From positions 1 to 59,422 of IMG/VR virus record IMGVR_UViG_3300031227_000043: 59,422 nt of DNA; one strand, written 5' to 3'. The position numbers and the translations under genes are program-made. Shown here in pieces: positions 53,613-59,422 of this stretch (position 1 is its first letter; each line of letters begins with the position of its first letter). A model generated the notes under the pieces. The model had not been told where the DNA came from. It ran no database searches and worked only from the letters and a program-made list of their open reading frames with translations. The stretch is from a virus. Taxonomy: Duplodnaviria > Caudoviricetes.

Positions 53613-55022
53613 TTATAACTCAACGTCAGCATATTTGGCTACGTCTTCAAGGTCGCGCATGGCATCTGCATACTCAGGGCCGCTATACTTTGCCTTTAGT
53701 GCTGCCACTAGCTTAGGCACATCAGGGCTCTTGCGTTTGGCCAGCTCTCGTATGCGGTCTATGGCATCTGAGCCGTCAGGTAGCAGGAGGCGTTTGCCTT
53801 TGGGCGGGCTCATAGCACTGGCACTGGCGCCGGTGCTAATGCTGCTGTCTCCACCTTCACCCATGCGGTCTCTGCCTTCAATTATGGCTCCTAACTTAGT
53901 AGGGTCGTCGCTGGCATACATCTGGCCTGATTGAGGATCTTGCCATGAGTAGGCATTGCCATATTGTTTGACACCAGGAGGCAACTGTGTAGGCTCAGCT
54001 GCAGCTGGACCCTTGCCCTTACCCTTAGTCTTAGCATCTGCATCTCCAGGCTTTGGCTGCTCCCCAGTACCAGGCCCAGCAGGCCCACCACCTGTTGCTG
54101 CAGCTCCTGCACCACTACCACCACCTTTGGCTCCTACTCCTGCCGCATTCTCACCTCTCACCTCTCTCTCCCTGTTGCTCATGTCATAGTACGTATCCAG
54201 GTGATAGTATATTTCCCTATTCTCCTTGCGGGCTCTGTCATATGCTTCCTTATTAGGCGCTGGCTGTGAGCTATTGCCTACTCGCAGCATACGGTCGCCA
54301 CCCGGATCACCTGGATCGTAGTTATTGATCAGGTCATTGTTGCGCTCGGCTTTCTTACGGAGCCTGCCTGATTCCAGCTTGTCGGATTCAGTCAGCTCAA
54401 TGGCTCTGCCCATGGCCTCTTCCATACGTTTGCGTCTACCTGCTACAACCTTATCCATGTGTGTGCGGAACTTGTCGAGCCTAGTCTGCTCTTTGGCGCG
54501 TCTGGCACCGGCCTGCTGCTGTTTATATTTGCCCATTTGCCACATGAACATGGTCTTACGGATGCTATCAGACTTCTCCTTCTCCAGGGTCTTGCGCAGA
54601 CTACCACTTAGATGTCTGGCAGCTTTATTGAATCTAGCCTGCTCGGACTTGGTCATGCGATTGCGCCTGTTCCACGATACCTGGCCACCTGACATAGCAT
54701 TGAGCAGCCTGGGCAATTCGGCAGCCTCTATCTCACGTAGCTTGGCGTCTACATCCATCTCAAAGGGGTTGCCGCCTGTCTTGGACCAGAACTGCTGCAT
54801 GAATCGGTCAAGGCCGCTGTCTGAATACGGATCGTTGTCGTCGTCAGCAGCGACACCACCGCCTACATCTCTGGGGTAGCCTGCTGGCCTACTCATTGCC
54901 ATATTGCCAGGTTGCTGCACAGGCTGTGGCTGCACTGGCTGCTGCCCTTCTAGCTCTCGCCCAGCTGCGTGATCCATGGGTTGGCCACTTTCATCAACAT
55001 ATAACTTAGTAGGTTGTGGCAT
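53613..55022 (-). CDS. Probable internal virion/ejection protein
   Basis: Helical, Gly/Ala/Gln-rich; immediately upstream of the giant protein. Confidence 0.6.
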   Translation of the reverse strand: MPQPTKLYVDESGQPMDHAAGRELEGQQPVQPQPVQQPGNMAMSRPAGYPRDVGGGVAADDDNDPYSDSGLDRFMQQFWSKTGGNPFEMDVDAKLREIEAAELPRLLNAMSGGQVSWNRRNRMTKSEQARFNKAARHLSGSLRKTLEKEKSDSIRKTMFMWQMGKYKQQQAGARRAKEQTRLDKFRTHMDKVVAGRRKRMEEAMGRAIELTESDKLESGRLRKKAERNNDLINNYDPGDPGGDRMLRVGNSSQPAPNKEAYDRARKENREIYYHLDTYYDMSNREREVRGENAAGVGAKGGGSGAGAAATGGGPAGPGTGEQPKPGDADAKTKGKGKGPAAAEPTQLPPGVKQYGNAYSWQDPQSGQMYASDDPTKLGAIIEGRDRMGEGGDSSISTGASASAMSPPKGKRLLLPDGSDAIDRIRELAKRKSPDVPKLVAALKAKYSGPEYADAMRDLEDVAKYADVEL

Positions 55023-55053
55023 AACTTATTCTCCTTCTATCGTTGCATAGGTG

Positions 55054-56100
55054 TTATCTAAATGGCAAAGTACCTTGTGGGGTCGTGGAACCACCAACAG
55101 CTGGCACCTTCTGGGAGCTTACGTTAATACCAAAGCCACTGCTACTCTCACCTTGACTGGTAGCCAGATCAAAGGCAGTTTGGGAATTGCCATCATCCCT
55201 GTTGCCAAAGCTGACACCTGCTCCACCGCCGCCACTCTCACCACCAGCATATACATTCCGCGTCACAGTAGCAGTAGTTGCGGTACTCATATACTCATTC
55301 CATAGGGCCTGGTACTCCTGCTGCCATGCCGACACCTGGTCGTTGTGCTCCATTAGGGCACGAGTCTGCTCTAGTTGGAACTCAGAGCGCTCAGCCGACT
55401 CTGCTGCTCCTTCTGCCTTCTCACGTATACTGCCCATGGCCACACCAGCCTTTTGCAATGCCCTACTCAGCACATAACTGGCAGCTAATGGATTCCTATA
55501 TGTTTGGCCAGCGGCTTGCTGCAATGCCTGCTTAATAGCTAGTGTGTCGCTGCCGGATATCTTCTGGGCTCTGGCTCTAACACCACGGTCTTGTTCAGCA
55601 CCCCATGCTGGTAATGACAGTGCTGGTCGATCGCCCATGCTAGGCATTTTGCCTGAGTAAGCAGTAGTGGAGGTAGTGGTTTTGCCAATAGGCTGCTTAT
55701 ATCGTGTAGGCTGGCTGACACCTGCTCCACTCTCACCACCTCCACCATCATCACCATATATGCTACCATATTGGCTGCCATAGTCAGCTCCACTGGTGAT
55801 AGGGACCTGGGCATTGTTAGGAGTAACGGGGGTAGGCTGCTTAGTGCCATCACTACTACCACTACTGGCCCCCTGGCTATAGAATGGGCTAAACTGATCA
55901 TCTAGATCATAGTCATACTTTTTGTCATAGCCCATAGCAGTCCTTAAAGAGGCAGTGTCCTGGCCGGTTATTGGCCTGCTGCTGCCACCACTGCCCTCAC
56001 CCAATACAGTAGTGCCAGCATCTTGCTCCTCGCCAGGGTCCCAACCGCTAAAGTTACCAAAGTTATTCTTGGCCTTAGTGTCTCTCAATGTCATTCCCAT
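55054..56100 (-). CDS. Probable internal virion/ejection protein
   Basis: Gly/Ser-rich ends with a central Ala/Gln helix. Confidence 0.6.
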   Translation of the reverse strand: MGMTLRDTKAKNNFGNFSGWDPGEEQDAGTTVLGEGSGGSSRPITGQDTASLRTAMGYDKKYDYDLDDQFSPFYSQGASSGSSDGTKQPTPVTPNNAQVPITSGADYGSQYGSIYGDDGGGGESGAGVSQPTRYKQPIGKTTTSTTAYSGKMPSMGDRPALSLPAWGAEQDRGVRARAQKISGSDTLAIKQALQQAAGQTYRNPLAASYVLSRALQKAGVAMGSIREKAEGAAESAERSEFQLEQTRALMEHNDQVSAWQQEYQALWNEYMSTATTATVTRNVYAGGESGGGGAGVSFGNRDDGNSQTAFDLATSQGESSSGFGINVSSQKVPAVGGSTTPQGTLPFR

Positions 56101-56124
56101 AGCATATTACTCCTTTGCGCTATC

Positions 56125-56574
56125 TTATGCTGCTGCACTATCACTGTCATTATCATCTGCTGCTGTCTTAACTGCTACACTTGTAGCCTTTTCCCACTCC
56201 TTGTCAGGTGGCAGTGGGCTATACTCTGCCCATTCGCATTCTGGCTTAGGACATATCCATTGAGATTGCCAGCTGCCACCTACCATGCAGCTTGGGCAGC
56301 TATTTACGGTGTAGCAGTACATAGGCGTGTTGCAGTGTGGACACGGTTTAGCTAATTTGGCGTATGCTGCCTGTGCTGCTGCTATCTCCTGATCGTGTTG
56401 TCTGACCTGAAGATTGAGGCCAGTCATATACTCCAAGAACTCTTCCATGCCAGCGCCAATCTCACGACCATTATTCTTGAAATTGAGTATAAGATTACGA
56501 AATCCCTGAAGAACCTTGCCGGTTTCACCTGCCGTAAGTTGTTCCATTGTTTTAGGCATTATAGACATTCCCAC
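56125..56574 (-). CDS. Zn-binding hypothetical protein
   Basis: CPHC, CPSC and CPKPEC. Confidence 0.65.
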   Translation of the reverse strand: MGMSIMPKTMEQLTAGETGKVLQGFRNLILNFKNNGREIGAGMEEFLEYMTGLNLQVRQHDQEIAAAQAAYAKLAKPCPHCNTPMYCYTVNSCPSCMVGGSWQSQWICPKPECEWAEYSPLPPDKEWEKATSVAVKTAADDNDSDSAAA

Positions 56575-57965
56575 TCGAAATATTTAAGATCATTCATACA
56601 ACATCTACTAATGTAACAGTTCGATGAATTGGTCCACCATCTATAACAACCGAAAGTATGTTCACCGTCTATACAGTTATCTGTTCCATAAGGTCTGTCA
56701 TAGCATGGATCATCTGCGCACCATGTTGCCTGATATTCTTCACAATTATCAGGCTGACCAAGAAAGTAACTGGCACAATAAGTTTCTTGATATTGTTTCT
56801 TGCCTCCTACGATTAATTCATAATACGCATAAGGCGAACTATAGTTATAATTAGCAACGGAGCCGCTTAAACCGCATGTGCTACTCTTTTCTACCCAATC
56901 CCCATCAGTCGTATTTCTAATAGTTGCCGTAACTACTGTCCCGCATGCATCCGTTATCGTTATCGAGGCCACCGGCCCGAAATCTTCGGCACTACCTCAT
57001 GTGCCGTCCGCACAATCAAGTTGCTCATTTCGATTGCTGGATGTTACAGTATTTGTTCCGGTACTATGCCAAGTATATCCTGTTCCGCTGGCATCATACT
57101 TAAAATCTCCGCAGCCACCTAAGACATAGACATCTATTGAAGCATTCTTAACTATCGTATCCGGTGTATTAGGATCGTCAAAGGTAAACACGCCTTCTGG
57201 CGGCTCATCTTCTTCGCAACACGTCTTACAGCAGCCATAGTCACTAATATCTACACACTGCTTGCATACTCCACGGATATTATAGCACAGTGTAGTAGCG
57301 AGATAGCCATTCTCAGCTTCACATGCCTTATCAATATCCCAATTAAAACTTATCGTATGAGACAGATACTGCACAGAATATTGCAGAAACGGGTTAGTCT
57401 TTATCCCTGGTGGTGTTATCTTTATGTTTGTTATGAGCTCCGTTCCAACACCCTCAAAGCTCCAGAAGTGTGAACCGGCACTATATGGATATTTAGCCCA
57501 CGGAAACTTCGACCCGGATATGATCGCGTCTTCAGGGCCAAGCTCATCAAACTTATCCATTTGCGAACACGTCTGTTGCCGCATCTCAAAGCCACAAGGG
57601 TTTCTTTCTCCGGGCTCTGGCAAATCGCCTGGTACGCCTCTACCACCGAATTCGCCATCAGCATCGCTGACTCTTGATGTTGTAACGCCACGGAAAGGCG
57701 GAAATGGCCACCATGGAGTTGGAAACGTCGGAGGATACCAGTGCTCCATAGCAGGATAATCACTGCTTGAATACGGCTTCTTCATCTCACTGTGGCGCTC
57801 TTCGCTCTGATTGAACATGGCTTTGTCAGTGACCGCATGCATACGTTCAGTATAGCTCATCTCGTCAGCCGGGTTATCAGGATCTGACACAGCTACTTGG
57901 TATGGCTGCCTACCATACTCCTTGCGACTAGCTTTGTTGTGTATGTCTTCGGTTAGCCAGTTCAT
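56559..57965 (-). CDS. Cys-rich virion-region protein with one in-frame UGA (codon 323); Sec/readthrough candidate
   Basis: ORFs 56997-57965 and 56559-56972 share a frame, joined by TGA plus 8 sense codons: ...QLDCADGT*GSAEDFGPVASITITDACGT.... The downstream part has no RBS. Confidence 0.7.
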
Positions 57966-58189
57966 CTGCGTTTGCTATCCTTTGCATACTTTGGCTTATT
58001 AAATCTGTCGTGGTCAGGCTTAGGCCAGAAGCCAGCAGCATTGAGAGGCTGTGTGGTTAGTGGGTTGCCGTTGTCATCTAATATTGGCCCCACCTTATGA
58101 AACTGCCCCATCCATGAATTAGCCACCGGTCTACTACCACCACCACCTCTATTGCTACTGCCTCTGCCACCCTTTACCTGTTGGTCCAT
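57962..58189 (-). CDS. Small hypothetical protein
   Basis: Overlap-coupled at both ends. Confidence 0.6.
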   Translation of the reverse strand: MDQQVKGGRGSSNRGGGGSRPVANSWMGQFHKVGPILDDNGNPLTTQPLNAAGFWPKPDHDRFNKPKYAKDSKRR

Positions 58190-59421
58190 GCTGATATCGC
58201 TGCTCCTATGTCTTCCAAATACATTTCAATATCCTTAGTCGGTTGATCAATCTTGAGCGCTATATGCTGGCCGACTAATCCCAGCCGCCTACGATGTCTC
58301 CTTATAGTCTGGCTTGTGTTCTCAGCTATCATGCTCAGTGTCATTGTGCCCTGCGATACTGCATTCTCGTATAGCGTTACCGTGATGTCGCCTGCAGCCT
58401 GTGTCTTGCACCTAAGCAGCAGCACTTCCATATCTACATACTCGCCTCTGGCCGGAAACTCCATAGTAGCATAGCTGTCTATGGCAGTGGCGACATCAGC
58501 TGTACCGTAGTTAAGCTGGTATACTGTGCCGTCTGCTGTACCGCCACCTACCTGAATCACCGGCACATTACCACTTTGCGCGCCTACCTCAGTCATGCAG
58601 GACAGCGCTTGCCCCAGCTTATCAAAGCTCCAGGTCTTGCTCTGCAGGTCAAACACTGGAAATATGTTAGGCACTGTGGCGCTGCTACCACTCACTATGC
58701 CTAACCGCAGCACATTACGCTTACTATCATATGCTAGCCAGTGCTCAGCCTCATAGCCCAGACGCACACACTCAGACTCGCCAGGATCAAAGTAGTTCTG
58801 GATGTCGTCGCTGATTATACTCACTACGCGCCCATCACTGGCCCAGACGCCATATCTGCTAATGCCAAACACCAGCGTCTTGATCTGCTCATTGGTAGCT
58901 GTAGATGTCAATACGCCGTCAACCACCTCCATGCATTTGCTGTTCATGATACCTATGCGAGTAGACAATATTAGCTTACCAAACGTGGTAGGCGAATACC
59001 CTTCAAATAGCGTAATGCAGCCACCCTCCTTGCCCTTCTCTTCCTGTGCTACCACTACCTCATTATGAAATGCCCTCATAGCCTTTACTGCATTGGCGCG
59101 ACCATCGCCAGCTACCAATATGCCATACTGACTCCCATTAAGCACTAGTGGCCGCCCAGGTGCACTCACATATATATATTCACTATACTGGTCAAACGTG
59201 TACAGCATCATCTCTTTCCAGGCGCAGTTACAGTTGCTCTGGCCAGCTTCATCTATATCAAAGTAGGGCCTGACCTGGACTTGCACAACCATGTCGGCGG
59301 CTAGCTTAGCATCTAATATCAGCTCATAAGCATAGGCGTAGTATGAGCTAGTTTCAAACTGCCTAGGCTGCGCTGCTGACTGCCTCGGAAATGACATCCA
59401 ACCGGTGTTGCTGAGACCGTC
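58174..59421 (-). CDS. Tail tubular/nozzle (P22 gp10-like stabilisation) protein, partial
   Basis: Beta-propeller-like segments (GV-x-ASDG...ISDDIQ-x-YF...VFDL-x3-TWS); frame open to the right edge; upstream of ejection genes. Confidence 0.65.
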   Translation of the reverse strand, partial: DGLSNTGWMSFPRQSAAQPRQFETSSYYAYAYELILDAKLAADMVVQVQVRPYFDIDEAGQSNCNCAWKEMMLYTFDQYSEYIYVSAPGRPLVLNGSQYGILVAGDGRANAVKAMRAFHNEVVVAQEEKGKEGGCITLFEGYSPTTFGKLILSTRIGIMNSKCMEVVDGVLTSTATNEQIKTLVFGISRYGVWASDGRVVSIISDDIQNYFDPGESECVRLGYEAEHWLAYDSKRNVLRLGIVSGSSATVPNIFPVFDLQSKTWSFDKLGQALSCMTEVGAQSGNVPVIQVGGGTADGTVYQLNYGTADVATAIDSYATMEFPARGEYVDMEVLLLRCKTQAAGDITVTLYENAVSQGTMTLSMIAENTSQTIRRHRRRLGLVGQHIALKIDQPTKDIEMYLEDIGAAISAWTNR

Positions 59422-59422
59422 C

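Noticed and set aside
56559-56900. Diversity-generating retroelement
   Set aside because: No reverse transcriptase or adenine-mismatched template repeat found in the window.
1-59422. Genome-wide stop-codon reassignment (TGA or TAG)
   Set aside because: Long genes are intact in code 11, and TGA/TAG end many genes, including ATGA overlaps. Any UGA decoding must be site-specific.

Overview
The window is a ~59 kb piece of an uncharacterised tailed dsDNA bacteriophage with podovirus-like organisation; no integrase, tRNA or CRISPR array was seen. Layout: (1) 1-6.3 kb, leftward head/packaging operon (terS, terL, portal, probable scaffold running off the left edge). (2) 6.3-6.7 kb, divergent sigma70 promoters plus a GAGACA octamer array. 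(3) 6.7-16.5 kb, rightward array of ~30 small early genes, including a TopoVI-A/Spo11-like TOPRIM protein and a DUF932-like protein, ended by an intrinsic terminator. (4) 16.5-35.7 kb, leftward replication/recombination module (UDG-fused PolA, ERCC4 nuclease, AAA ATPase, Cas4-like exonuclease, probable SSB, DinG/XPD-like helicase, adenine MTase, J-domain protein, HNH) with no recognisable primase. (5) 36-41.6 kb, lysis genes and three signal-peptide-bearing tail-like genes. (6) A 3976-aa polyvalent ejection-type protein, other internal-virion and tail genes, running off the right edge. Main signals: two genes interrupted by one in-frame UGA followed by a hairpin (a Cys-rich virion-region gene at 56559-57965 and a small membrane gene at 25558-25848), which are candidates for selenocysteine insertion or programmed readthrough; a giant protein built from effector-like modules separated by a conserved GPTKLAT peptide/DNA repeat; and small accessory genes bounded by identical RBS-stop-start repeats. 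Family names come from motif recognition only; no searches were run.
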